A stretch of DNA of 64,000 nt from Phaeosaccion multiseriatum. Lineage: Eukaryota > Protista > Ochrophyta, other classes. The notes beneath the pieces are model-generated. The model had not been told where the DNA came from. It did no database searches and saw nothing but the letters and a program-made list of their open reading frames with translations. Both the position numbers and the translations under genes were made by a program. The stretch is from assembly GCA_965112735.1 (NCBI GenBank), contig OZ218962.1, forward strand, positions 1,860,001-1,924,000, written 5' to 3'. The stretch's first letter is position 1. Each line of letters begins with the position of its first letter. Shown piece by piece: positions 13,409 through 27,000 of this stretch.

Positions 13409-15413
13409 TTATGCCAGATAGTTGTATTGCTTCCGGTCCTTCGCATTCCGCTCGAGGTACTCCCTCTCAATGAGGCTCTCAATCCTCTTTTTGATGAACT
13501 GTGGCTCGGGCACGAAGCGGCTGTTGAGCTGTCGCGTCGTCTCCGCGATCAAGTCGTGATGGTGTAACGTCTTTCGCGTCTTCATAATCCTCACCACCGC
13601 CGCCTCCACCAAATGTCTTCGATCCTCCTCCACCGCTGGAGGCAGAGTACCTGCCGCTGAGTCCCCACCACCCCCCCCTGCTCCGTTCATACCCCCCGCC
13701 CCCCCTGGTCCGTTCACCCCTGCGTCTCTGTGACTCACGAGCGGCACTCGCACTCTCTTGAGCTTGGAGGTGAAGGCTGCATTGAAGCGAAACACATCCT
13801 CCTGTGCTATGGCCTTGCCCTGAGGAGTAGGTGTGGGTGCGTGTGTGCCGCGTGTGTGGATGCGTGTATGTATGTGTCAAGGACGAAGAAGGGGGAGTGG
13901 AAATGAGAAGAAGAGACGTAGATGAAGGGAGTGGGTGGTTGATGGGTGGATGGGTGGGTGGGTAGGAGGGAAGGTGCACCCAAATCTCCCCAAGGGCCGA
14001 AATGGAAGGCTGTCATTGGCCCCCATATCCACAAAGACAGCCCTGCGGAAATGACTCAATGGTCGGGGCTAGAATCCACTTCCTTCCTCCCCATCCCCTG
14101 TCATCCACTGCCATCAACAGCCGCCCCCCTCTCCTCCCCCACTCAGGCGGCTACCTACTCCCCACGTTCTTTGCCTCCCGTTTATCCCCTTCCCCCCCGT
14201 CCTCCCGTTCCATCCCCTCCTCTCCCCTCCCCTCCCGTGCTCACCTTGCTGGCCTTCTTCAGAATGCGGTGCTTGGGTGTGCAAAGACTGACGAGGTGCC
14301 GTCGCAGCTCCCCCTCGGGTATCTCCGTCGCCTCACGAATGTCGTTCAGAGAGAGCGTCTCGCTGTGTTGGGGAGTGGCAGCGTCAGGGGAGGGAAGAGG
14401 GAGATGGAGAGAGAGGAGAGAAGAGACAGAGACAGAGGATAGAAGAGAGAGACAGAGAGAGAGGAGAGAAGAGACAGAGACAGAGGATGGAAGAGAGAGA
14501 GAAGAGAGAAGAGAGAGAGGAGAGAAGAGAGAGAGAGAGACAGAGGATAGAAGAGAGAGACAGAGAGAGAGAGAGAGGATAGAAGAGAGAGATTCATAAA
14601 TTATTTTATTGGGTGGAAGGGAGCGTGAAATAGGCCACAGAAATAGCACACGCATATGAACAGGCAAATAGAAGAACTGCTCCCTCACTCCCTCCCTCAC
14701 TCCCTCCCTCCCTTCCTTCCTTCCTTCCCTCCTCACCTGTCGTTGAAGAGCATGAGGATGCACATTTGGTACGTGCTAATGTGAAGCTCGTGCCGCCGCC
14801 CGTCAGAGAATGTGGCTTTGATGTCACAGTTGCCCTGAGGAAGGGAGGAGTGTAGAGAGAACAGAATCGAAGGGGAGGGAGGGGGAGAGAGATAGGGAGA
14901 CAGAGAGGGTGAAAGTGAGACAGAGATGGAGAAACAAGCCACCCAAGAGCAACACGCTAACCAACCCAGCCTTCTCCCCTCCCCTGCCTCCCTCCCTGAC
15001 CCCTGTTATCCGCTTAATTATACTAAGTATATAACTTGTCATGTCCAGCACTGGTTGGTTGTCCATGCCCAGCAGCACGCACCATCTGTTTCCTCCACAG
15101 GATCTTCCTTCCCTGATGCTTGTCCAAGTAGAACTTCTCGAACTCCTGCCACCACATACACAGGCATATGGGCAGATGGGCAGATGGGCAGACGGATGGA
15201 GGCATGTGGGTAGACAGTGAGGATGTCTCATGAAATGGATCGATACTGAGGCGTATCGGTAGACAGGGGAATGGACGGATTGCTGCGCACAGCTGATGAC
15301 CCTCTTCCCCCACCCCCTCCCCCTGCCCTCTCTCTCTTCCTTCTTCGTTACGCACTCTACAACGCCCAACCTCTCAGCCCTCCCCACTCCCCACCCCGCG
15401 CCTCTCTCTCTCA

Positions 15414-15451
<38 letters not shown>

Positions 15452-15645
15452 AACACACACACTCTCTTTCACTCTCTCTCTCCAGATCACAGATCCACTG
15501 AGTCACTCACCCCCCCACCTCTTTACATATACACCTCCCTTCCTCCCTCCCTTCCTCCCTCCCTCCCTCTTGCTCCCTTCTCCCTTCCTGGTTCTCTCTC
15601 CCATTCCCTCCACCTCCATCCCTCTTTCTCTCTTCCTCTCTCTCA

Positions 15646-15677
<32 letters not shown>

Positions 15678-15857
15678 AACACACACACTCTTTCACTCTC
15701 TCTCTCCAGATCACAGATCCACTGAGTCACTCACCCCCCCACCTCTTTACATATACACCTCCCTCCCTCCCTCCCTCCCTCCCTCCCTCTTGCTCCCTTC
15801 TCCCTTCCTGGTTCTCTCTCTCCCATTCCCTCCACCTCCATCCCTCTTTCTCTCTTC

Positions 15858-15897
<40 letters not shown>

Positions 15898-18800
15898 AAC
15901 ACACACTCTCTTTCACTCTCTCTCTCCAGATCACAGATCCACTGAGTCACTCACCCCCCCACCTCTTTACATATACACCTCCCTCCCTCCCTCCCTCCCT
16001 CCCTCCCTCTTGCTCCCTTCTCCCTTCCTGGTTCTCTCTCTCCCATTCCCTCCACCTCCATCCCTCTTTCTCTCTTCCTCTCTCTCTCTCTCTCTCTCTC
16101 TGTACTCCATCCCTCACCTCGCAGCAGCCGACGATGACGGGAGGAAGGCGACACGCCGTATCGGGGTGACTGGGCCAGTAGCCTGTCGTCAGCACGTTCA
16201 CATCCAGCTCCACGCCTTTGCTTCTGTAACGCCAATGGAGAGGGTTTGTGGGTGTGAGTGGGTCGTCAAGGTGAGGGCGTGAGGATCGAGCATGGGGGTC
16301 GGGGGTGGGGAGGGGTGCACGGACGCCCTGCCCGTGAGTGCGAAAGAGGCAACAGAAAGAGACAGAGATAGAGAGAGAAAGAGAGAGGGAGAAGAGAACA
16401 CGATAATGGAGAACGAAACAGAGGAAACAGAGGAAGGAAGAGCAGAGCCAGGGAGAGAGAGAGAGGCAGAGGAGCCGGCAGCGTGACCCCCCAGAGTAGG
16501 ACCTCTCCCTCCCCGCCCGACCGCCAACCCATCTGAAACTCGAATTCTTCACTGACTTGTGCTTGCCCGACTGCCGGTATGTCTCCATTGTGTCTAGGGA
16601 GATTTGCATGTCTGTAAACATGCCCTCCAGCTGTGGGGGGGGGGGGGGGGCAGAAGCGGGGGTCAGGACGGGGCATCATCAAGCAAAGGGGCCATCCATC
16701 CACTGCCATCCATCCACTGCCATCCATCCATGCATCCACTTCCATCCAACTGGTACTCTTTTTCTCTTTCTCTCCCCCTCTCTTATCTCCCTCTTGCCTT
16801 ATCTCTCTCTCTCCTCTCTTCCTCTCTCTCCCTCTCACACCTCCCCCCCCCCCCCCACCCTATCTCTCCCGCACCTTGCTGGTGAACTTATATCCGCACT
16901 TCATCTCTCTCCTTCTCTCTATCCATCCACCTCTCTCTCCGTCTCCCTCTATCCCTCCCTCCCTCTCTCTCTCTCTCACCTTGCTGGTGAACTGGTAGCC
17001 GCACTCCGTCTTGAGCTTGGCAATCATGTTCTTCTCCGCCTCGTCCGACACACTCCTTCCACACAAGAGGCGCTTCGACAAGTGCACCTTGTAGTAGTTC
17101 TCGAACACGTCCTGGGGGATGGCAGGGGATGGCAGGGGACGGCAGGGAAGGGGGGGCGTGGGGGTGGGTGGGTGGGTGAGTGAGTGCATGTGCGCGTGAG
17201 TGAGTGAGTGGGTGAGTGAGTGAGTGAGTGAGTGGGTGAGTGGGTGAGTGAGTGAGTGAGTGAGTGAGTGGGTGAGTGAGAGCCTTCTCTACCCCTCCCC
17301 TCCCCTCTCCTCCCCTTACCTTGTCCTGCAGGAAGCGGAAGATGACTATGACTTTCTCCAACCGAATCTCAGCCTCGTCCTCACTCATGCCTCGGAGGCC
17401 ACTCTTGAGCAGATCATCCACGTATTGAGCGAGGAAGTTGGCGCATCGAGCGTCCATGTTGATGAAGTCTTCGAAGGCCTCCTTGAGCTGTTGGTGATAC
17501 AAGGAGGGGAGGGGAGGGGAGGGGAAGGAGGAGAGGAGGGAGGAGGTGCGGGGGGCGTCAGACAGACAAACAAAACAAATGTCACAGTTGGCTTGGCGTG
17601 GTACCAACACTGGGGGGCGTGAGCTGCCATTTGCTCTGCCAAACAAGACGACACAGACTGCCATACACTGTCCAATAGCCTGCCTGCCACAGACTGCCAT
17701 ACACTGTCCAATAGCCTGCCTGCCACAGACTGCCATACACTGTCCAATAGCCTGTCTGCCACAGACTGCCATACAGACTGCCATACACTGTCCAATAGCC
17801 TGCCTGCCACAGACTGCCATCTTTGTGGCGCACAACGATGACACAAAAGGTACTAAGGCCAAGAGGGGGGGAAGGCTACGGACCTTCTTCTGAGCCTTCT
17901 TCTCTCCCTGAAACGCCTCCGTCACGATCACGTCGAACTTGTCCCGCAAATTTAGCAGAGCCTGGACGGAAGGGGGGTGGAAGATTCGGCTTCAGTTCCG
18001 TTCGTGCCAGGAGTAGTGTATGTATGGTTCGAGGCCAAGCTCTGAGGCGCACTAATTCCCCACTCGTATGCCCCCTCATGCCCACTCGTATGCCCACTCA
18101 CGCCCACTCATGCCCACTCATGCCCACTCACCTGCACAAAGGTCACGGGGTCCTTGGTGCCTTCCGAGTCGCTCACGAGGTCTCTGCTCGCACGCCACGC
18201 ACGCACGCACGCACGCACGCGCACGCACAGGCATCAGCCAAGTAGACAGGCAGGCATATGGGCAGGCAGGCATATGAGCAGGTAGGCAGGCATATGGGCA
18301 GGCAGGCATATGAGCGGGTAGCCAGGTGGGCAGGTGGACAGGCAGACACGCAATATGGGCAAGCAGGCAGACAGGTAGGTGGGTAGGCAGGCAGGCAAGC
18401 AGGCAAGCATATGGACAAGCATATGGACAAGCATATGGACAAGCATATGGACAAGCATATGGACAAGCATATGGACAAGCCCTTACCACCCCCCCCCCTC
18501 ACCTCCCCGTCTTCTTGACGAAAGCGCACATGGACCCCCTGAGCTCGTCGAGCGTGAGCGGCACCCTCGAGAAGAGGTCGTACATCCGCCCCAAGTCATC
18601 GACCTTGTCGTCACGAAACATCTAAAAAGACAACGGACAGCCATACGGGCATACGGGTGTAGGGTATCAAAGGGATAAGTCATCAACGTTTTCCTTTACT
18701 CGCCCCCTCCTCCCTCCCTCCCTCCCTCCCCTCTCTCCCTCCCTCCCCTCTCTCCCTCCCTCCCTCCCTCCCTCCCCTCTCCCCCTCCCTCCCCTCTCTC

Positions 18801-21790
18801 CCTCCCTCTCTCCCTCCCTCCCCTCTCTCCCTCCCTTCCTCCCTCCCTCCTCCCTCCCTCCATCCATCCCTCCCTCCTCCCCTCCCTCCCTCCCCTCCCT
18901 CCCTCCCTCCCCTCTCTCCCTCCCTCCCTCCTCCCTCCCTCCTCCCTCCCTCCCTCCATCCCTCCCTCCTCCCCTCCCTCCCTCCCCTCCCTCCCTTCCC
19001 CCCCTCCCTCCCTTCCCCTCCTCCTCCCCGCCCCCCAACCCGGTCCAGCTCCTCACCGACACGCATCCGCTGTTCTCCATCTCCACGAGTGTCTTGGCAT
19101 GCTTGGCAATCAGCTCTGTCTCTACAATGTGCTTCAGCTTTGGCTCGGTGCTTAGATTAAGGTAATGCGTGGCTCGGGCCGCCTCCTCCTGCAGGCGCTG
19201 CTCTGCCTTTCGCATGTAGTCGTGGCATGTGTTTTGGCTTATGTAGGCGAGGCTCTCCACCTGGGGGGCCGGGTGGGGGACGGGAGTATGGAGGGGGTAG
19301 AGGAGGGGTGGGGCGAGGGTTAAAGAACAAGCAACAGAAAGACAGAAAGGCGTGCACTGCTCGTATGCCTGGCTGCTTGCCCATACGCCCGTATTCCAGC
19401 ACGCCTGCCCGGAGACCCTCTAATTCTGTTATACCTGATAGAAGGCCCTCGTGGCCTCAAGAAAGTGTCTTTCAAAGTCCTCCTCATACACCGAAGTGCC
19501 GTCAACCCCGAGGTCCACAAGCATCGACAAGGTGTTCTTCAGCAGGCTTCTGTCAATGAGCATGCCCCCCCTCTCCTTCTCTACCGCGGCAAGCAGCAGC
19601 GCACTCAGCCGGCCCTTCACCTGATGGGGAAGGAGGGAAAGAAGGAGGGAGGGAGGGAGGGAGGGACGGAGGGAGGGAGGGAGGGAGGAAGAGAGGGAGG
19701 GAGGGGGGGAGACGAGGGAGGGAGTGGGGGAGGCGAGGGAGGGAGTGAGGGAGGCGAGGGAGGGAGTGAGGGAGGTACACCCATTATCGCACGTACAGCA
19801 TAGGACAGGCAGGGCCATCCTCTCCGGGCCCTCGCTCCTCCCTGCTCCTTCCTGCCTTTCCCTGCTCCTTCCTGCCTTTCCCTGCTCCTTCCTGCCATTC
19901 CCTGCTCCTTCTTGCCTTTCCCTGCTCCTCCTCCTTCTTCACGTACCCTACCCACACGCCTCCACCCACCCATATGACTGGCCTTGCCCACATGACTGGC
20001 CTTGCCCACATGACTGGCCTTGCCCATATGACTGCCCTTGCCCACATGACTGCCCTTGCCCACATGACTGGCCTTGCCCACATGACTGCCCTTGCCCATA
20101 TGACTGGCCTTGCCCACATGACTGCCCTTGCCCACATGACTGCCCTTGCCCATATGACTGCCCTTGCCCATATGACTGGCCTTGCCCATATGACTGGCCT
20201 TGCCCACATGACTGGCCTTGCCCACATGACTGGCCTTGCCCACATGACTGCCCTTGCCCACATGACTGCCCATACTCCACCCACCTACCCATGACTCCAC
20301 CCATTCGATACGACTCGATCCACCCATGTGACTCCACCCATCCGATACAACTCGATCCACCCATATGACTACAACTCACTAACCTTCTCGTGCCTGGCGA
20401 TGGAGTCTCTAAAAATGTTGAGACCGAGGTCATACACGGGCACCTTCTTCTGTTGAGTCACAAAGGTGCGGTCCATGTACATGAGAATGTCACGCACCAT
20501 CACCATGGTCACCTGTTGGGCATTCACGCACATTTCACAGAAGCCCCGGGGTAGGGGTCACAGGTGGGCACAGGCCATGGAAGGTGTGTATGGGCATGGG
20601 GTAAGTGGAGGGAGGAGGAGGAAGAACAGGAGGAGGAGGAGGAGGAGGAGGAGGAGGAGGAGGAGGAGGAGGAGGAGGAGGAGGAGAAGGAGGAGGAGGA
20701 GAAGGAGGAGGAGGAGGAGGAGGAGGAGGAGGAGGAGGAGGAGGAGAAGAGGGAGTAAGAAGAAGAGAGGAGGAAGGAGGAGGGCCCCCCAACCCCACAC
20801 GCCGAGCTCCACCAACCTCCCCTTCCTTCCCTTCCCTTCCCCAGGGGAGTGCTGTATCACCAACTGCTGCCCCCCTCTCACTGGCCCCGACGCTGCCCTC
20901 TCCTCCCGCCTTACCTCGTGTTCCTTCCACTGCTTGCTGAGCCCCTCGAGCAGTCCGTCATCGGGAGTCTCCGCCACCGTCCCCGCCACGCCCTGCAGGT
21001 GCACCTGGACGCTCTCCTGTTGGTGATACATCAGTGATGCAGCAGTTGGTGATACAGCCGTGATGCAGCAGTTAGTGATACAGCAAGGGGGGCACAGGGA
21101 GGGCCCCCAGACTACACAAGGAGGGAAGTGTCTGTGCCGCTGTGGGACTTTCCCCCTCTCGCCTCGCCTCGCGGGCTTCACTTGCTCAGCTCACGAACAC
21201 ACGCACTCACTCACTCACGCACTCACTCACTCACCTGCACTCACTCACTCACTCACTCACGCACTCACTCACGCCCTCACTCACTCACTCACTCCCTCAC
21301 TCACGCACTCACTCACTCACTCACGCACTCACTCACGCCCTCACTCACTCACTCCCTCCCTCACTCACGCACTCACCTGCACTCCGGCGTACAGCAGAGG
21401 GCCGTGCTTGTGCAGCACGAGGTTGTAGGCGCTGCGGTACAGTTCCTGCAGGGGGCAGGGTGGGGTGGGCACGGGGTATCGGCAACGGCGGATGGCAGTG
21501 GACGGTGGACGGCGGTTAGAGGGAGAGGCTGGAGGAGCGGGAACATTACAAACACTACGAGACACAAGAGACTCTACAGAAAAGGGACGACCAGAGGCAG
21601 CGATGGATGGATGGATCGATGGATGGACTATCCCACTAACCTCGAAGGAGAGTTTGGACGCGTTTTTGCCGTGAATCTGCTGAATGGCCTTGTTGAGGCC
21701 TGCCCATATACCCTGCGCCGCCGCCTCGTCCATCTGGTTGCGGGGCTTAAAAGGCTTAATCACGAACTTCTTCTTATTGTCCGTCGCCAT
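13409..21790 (-). CDS. CUL3: Cullin-3, about 17 exons
   Basis: N-terminus [36 protein letters not shown]; [11 protein letters not shown]; [23 protein letters not shown]; [21 protein letters not shown]; neddylation motif VVRIMKTRK; C-terminus [21 protein letters not shown]. Confidence 0.96.
15400..16100. repeat. Three tandem copies of a ~220-bp composite unit in a CUL3 intron
   Basis: TCCAGATCACAGATCCACTGAGTCACTCACC recurs at ~15481, ~15705 and ~15925 with the same (CT)n/(CA)n/(CCCT)n blocks. Confidence 0.9.
17653..17820. repeat. 36-bp intronic minisatellite ACAGACTGCCATACACTGTCCAATAGCCTGCCTGCC, about 4.5 copies
   Basis: Read directly. Confidence 0.9.
19969..20275 (-). repeat. 18-bp minisatellite (sense GGGCAAGG(C/G)CAGTCAT(G/A)T), about 17 copies, in a CUL3 intron
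   Basis: Read directly; same unit at 61146-61293. Confidence 0.92.
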
Positions 21791-22819
21791 GGTGGTGCTG
21801 CTGCCTGCACTGAGCCGTGCGTCGGGTGACTAGTGCCCTTCCGTCCGGTGCGGGGGAGGGGAGGGGAGGGGAGGACAAAAGACCGGGGGGAGATGGGCGA
21901 GGCCAAGGGGAGGGACCAGGGCAGAGAGAGAGGGATGTCTGAGCCGCCTGCACACACAACACACAAATGTGAGTAGCGCCTTGTCTTGGAGAGGAATGCC
22001 ACAAGGGGGAAGACGACACGCTTTGGGCTTCCCGCAAAGAGATGGCAACGTCGTCTTTACCCCAATACCCCAAAAAAGAAGGATGAAGAAACTCACTAAC
22101 CTCGATGCGGATGCAAAGAACCTTTAGTCGACAACCTTAAGCTGCTCCTCAAGATGTAGGAGAGGCGCTGGCCTTGTCCAAGGCCTCCCTCACAGCCTCC
22201 GCCGACCCGCCAGACCCCCTCCGTGTCCAGGGTTTGGGCTTTGCCCAAGTGAGACCCTCGCTTGCCCTCCCCGTCCCCCTTCCGCTCCTTCTCTACCACT
22301 GACCCTCCAATACCTGGGCCTCTTATTGTCTGATCCACGCCACACAGTCCTCTGAGGAGGCAGCGACTTGAACAGAGGCGCTTGGGGGGGGGGAAGGCGG
22401 GCGACGGAACTTATCCGGGGGGTGTTTGGGCTCTCTGCCTTGTCCTTGTATCCCCTTCTCCGTGCCCCGCACCTACAACACTCTTTTCTTTCCCTCCCGT
22501 TGCGCCCTCTGCTCTCCCCTTTCCTTCTTTTTTGTTTTTTGGGCTCTTATAAGGAGGCTCGGGGGGGGGGGCGCTGACTTTTAACAATCATCTACCACCC
22601 TCCACACGGTTTCGTCTCTTAGTTTTTTTTCGTTCTCTTTCTCTGGCGCCTTGTAGTCAGACACACACGAAGTGAAGGCGCATTTGCGACGGGTAGGAGC
22701 GCAAAGATATCGGGGGGCCAAGGTCTAGGCTGATACGTGCAAGAGGAGCCTGGGCTGGGCGGTAAATGGCACCGTCCCTCGCGAGAGTTCGATTTAGGAG
22801 TGGGCTTGTTAGGTGAGCG

Positions 22820-23998
22820 ATGGGGAGGGGGGTTGTGTCCAGCACCACGAGCAGCAGGGATCTCTGCAAGGACAAACTTACTCACAGCAGCAGCAGCAAG
22901 AGCAAGAGCAACGAGGGCAGCCCAGTAGGCATGTCCCAGAGGGAAGGCGGAAAGCTGAGTAAGCAGCGGCTCTTGCTCGCTAGCATGAGGAAGCAGCAAC
23001 AGCACCACCTGTCCCCAGTCCCCTCCCCCTCCATCCCGGCTGCCCTTACCCCCTCGTCATGCCCGTCGCCGCTGTCTCCCCCTCCTCGGCACGGCCGGCG
23101 GGGGAGGACAAAGAGCGGGAGGAGTCATACACACACCGCAGCATCGCGGATTGGAGACGAAGACTCGACATGTCTTCTGGATGGGCCTGGTGCGCTGAAA
23201 CAGCAGCACCAGCACCACCACCAGCCGTTCGAGCACCAGCAGCCGCCACAGGCGCCTCCAACAGAGCACTACAGGAGAAGTTCAGTCAACGGCCCCTCCT
23301 GGTTGGGGGCAGGAGCAGCTGCAGCAGCAGCAGCAGGGGAAGGAGAAGGTGGAGGCTTGGGCATGGAAAACGTCAAAGCCACCCATAGGCGGGGAGGAGG
23401 AATGGAGGAAGAAAGTATTCCAAGCTTATCTCCCTCCCGGCGTTTGTCGCGCCTTCGCACCAGCAACAGCGCTGCCAGGCACAGCGGCGGCAACAACAAC
23501 GATGACGACGACGACGATGACGATGATAACGATAACGAGTCGGTGGAAAGCGGCGTTTACGAGCATAGCAGCGAGGGCGGTAGCGAGCAGCTGAGAGGAG
23601 GAGGAGGAGCCGCCTCTCTGTTTAGGCCCCATGCCGCCACCAGCGCAGGCAGCAGCAGGAGCAGCGGTAGCAGGGGCAGCAGCGGGAGCAAGAGAGGCGC
23701 CTTCGGTGCGAGTCTGCTAAGCCCTCCTGCTGCTGGTGCTGGTGCCGCTGATTGTCTACAGAGGCCAGAGCCCTTGTCCCCCCACCGGGTGAGTGAGTTG
23801 GTTGTTCACTGGTGTGTGAGTTGGTTGTTCACTGCGAGATTGCCCCTCCTCCTGTCCCTCCTTCCCCTTCGCCCTCCTCTTGGTCGAGCCTCTTATCTGG
23901 TGCTTGCCTCTCTGCCTACCTCTCCGCCCCCCTCTCTATCCCTCTCTCTCTATCCCTCTCTCTCTATCCTCTCTCTCCTCTCTCTCTCTCTCTTTCTT

Positions 23999-24047
<49 letters not shown>

Positions 24048-27000
24048 TGCATTCCGCTCTGCCCCCCCTCCCCCCCCCCACCCCCCCATCCACTATCATC
24101 TCTTTGACGAGTAGAGCCTAACGGTGGAACAGACGCTGCAGGGGTGTGCAGCCCTCACGGAGGACAGGCTCAGGGGCCTTCTTGGGATAGGGATGGCAGT
24201 CGATGGAGGCTCGCTGGGCACCCGGGTGGGGGGGCTGGACCAGATCACCAGCGCGACCCTCGCACTTGACTCCAGACAGGTAGGCATGGGCAAGCATATG
24301 GGTAGGCGTATGGGCGGGTATATGGGCAGGCGGGCATGTGCGCAGGCAGGGGCTGCAGCTCCTTCCGTCGTTTTCATCTTTTGCCATTTATTGCCATCTA
24401 TTGCCTTGGCTCCATTGCTGCTCGTGCTCTCTCTGTGTGATGGCCATTCAGCTGCTCACCCCGCCTTGCTGCCCGTGTGCCTACTGCCCATACACCTGCC
24501 AATCTTTTTATCTTATCTTCCTACCTACCTACCCACCTACCTACCCACCTACCTACTACCTACCTATCTACCTACCTACCTGAATGACTGGATGGCTCTG
24601 CTCTTCCCGTATGCCTGCCCATACGCCTGCCCATGTACCTCCAGCTGGATGTGTCTGGTCTGGGTCACATGTTGCCCAACATACACACGCTGGTGCTCGA
24701 CGGGAGCTTTCTAGAGGGAGGCATCAGGTATGCCCACGCACACTCACACACTCGCTCACTCACTCACTCACTCACTCACTCACTCACTCACTCACTCACT
24801 CACTCACTCACTCACTCACTCACTCACTCACTCACTCACTCACTCACTCACTCACTCACTCAATCACAGTACTCGTGGTTAGACCTTGTTTCACCCCTCA
24901 CTCCCTCCCCTCCCTCCCCTCCATCCCCTCCATCCCCTCCCTCCCCTCCCTCTCCCTTCCTCCCCTCCATACCTACAGAGATCTGGGCATCCGCCTGGGT
25001 GGGCTGCACACGCTGTCTCTGGCCCGCTCCCACCTCTCTGACCTCGGAGGAGCGGCTGCACTGGACCACCTCAGGGAGCTCAGGCTCCCCTACAACGCAA
25101 TCACTGACGTCACCGCCCTAGCCTGTCACGAGTACCTTCAGGTACATAGGGGCGGGGGATGGCAGTGGATGGCGAAGAAAGAGAGGAGAGGGGATGGCAG
25201 TGGATGGGGTTGAGGATGGGGTTGAGGATGAGGGTGGGGGGGGGGGTGGCAGTGGAGGGGGTCAAAGGAGGCGGTGGGAAGGGGCCTGACAAGCGAGGGC
25301 CAAGGGCAAAGGGCACTTTCACAGTATCACCAGCTGTTGCAGCTCAGATGCATTTTATGCCCCATCCACTACCATCCCTCGGCTCCCTTTAGTCTCATAG
25401 CAGACTCACAGTGCCACTGTCATCTCCATCCTCTTGCTCCCCATATGCCTCTTTCCAATCTCCCCATACGCCTCCATCCAAGGTGCTGGACTTGCTGGGC
25501 AATCGCATCGCGGATCTTACCGCCTTGGAGATGCTGGGCACTTGTCCTCTTCTCTATAGGTAAGGCAATTGGTGATACGGAGGGAGGGAGGGGAGGAGGC
25601 CGGAGTGGGGGAGTAAGGGAGGGGAGCCCTCTCTTTCTCTCTCTCTCTCTCTCTCTTCTCGCTCCTCGCTCCCTCGTCTCTCTCTACCTCTCTCCTTTCT
25701 CTCTCTCTGACTCTACTCTCCATGCCCCTCTCCTCGCCCCTCTCCCCACCCCTCTCTCATGCCCCTTTCCTCGCCCCTCTCCCCACCCCTCTCCTCACCA
25801 CTACCCCCCCCCCCCCTCTCTCTCTCTTCCTCCCCTTCCTCTCTTTCCCATCCCCTCCCCTCCCCTCTCTCATGCCTCTCTCCTTCCCCTCCTCTCTCTC
25901 TCTCTCTCTCTGTAGCCTGGACATTCGCGGCAACCCCCTCGCAGCCGCTTTGGATGTGCTCTCAGAGGAGCAGTCGAGAGACCTTGTCGCGCTCCATGTG
26001 CCGCAGCTCAAGGCCTTCAACGGAGGGGGTGAGCAGTTGGTGATACAGCAGCAGAGGCGCAGGAGGGGGCAGCAGGTGGTGGTACAGCAGCAGCAGCAGC
26101 AGCAACAGGGGCAGGAGGACGAGCAGGGGAGGAGTGGGCGTGACGAAGCCGTGCAGAAGCTCAACCGCGTGCTGCGCTTGCTTCGAGAGAGAGACGAAGG
26201 AGGATGCAGCAGTAGTCGTAGCAGTACTTGTAGTAGTAGAGATGCAACAGCAGGAGCAGCAGCAGCAGCAGCAGTTGCCCCTTCTTCCTCTTCTTCATCT
26301 CCTTCTTCCTCTTGTGCAACACCCCATCGCGGCGACACACAGCAGTTGGTGATACGGGAGGGGGGGGGCGCTGTCCATCCCCTACCGCCTGTGATGATGG
26401 GCGAGTGGGACTCCGAGCTGACCTTGAATGGGTCCGAGCTGTTTATAGGGGGCCCAAGCTCGGCCATTCGCAAGAGGAAGCAGGAGGCGAAAGCGGGCGC
26501 GGGAGGGAGGGAGGGATGCGGGGGGGGGGGGGGGGGGGGGGGGGACAGGGGGGGTGCTCGATACGCTGGACATGGCGGCAAGCTTCGAGGAGGCGGCGAT
26601 GAGGGGACGGGGAGACGACAAGTAAGAGGGAAGGAGGGAGGGGAGGGAGGGAGGGAGGGAGGGAGGGAGGGAGGGAGGGAGGGAGGGAGGGAGGGAGGGA
26701 GGGAGGGAGGGAGGGAGGGAGGGAGGGAGGGAGGGAGGGAGGGAGGGAGGGAGGGAGGGAGGGAGGGAGGGAGGGAGGGAGGGAGGGAGGGAGGGAGGGA
26801 GGGAGGGAGGGAGGGAGGGAGGGAGGGAGGGAGGGAGGGAGGGAGGGAGGGAGGGAGGGACGGAGGGAGGGAGGGACGGAGGGAGGGAGGGAGAGCGGGA
26901 GCTGCTGGCTTCTGTCTGTCCTTTTGATTGTATCCTGTCACCTCTCCATGAATTTCACACCCTGATCTCTCTGTCTATGTATCCACTGCCATCCATCCAT

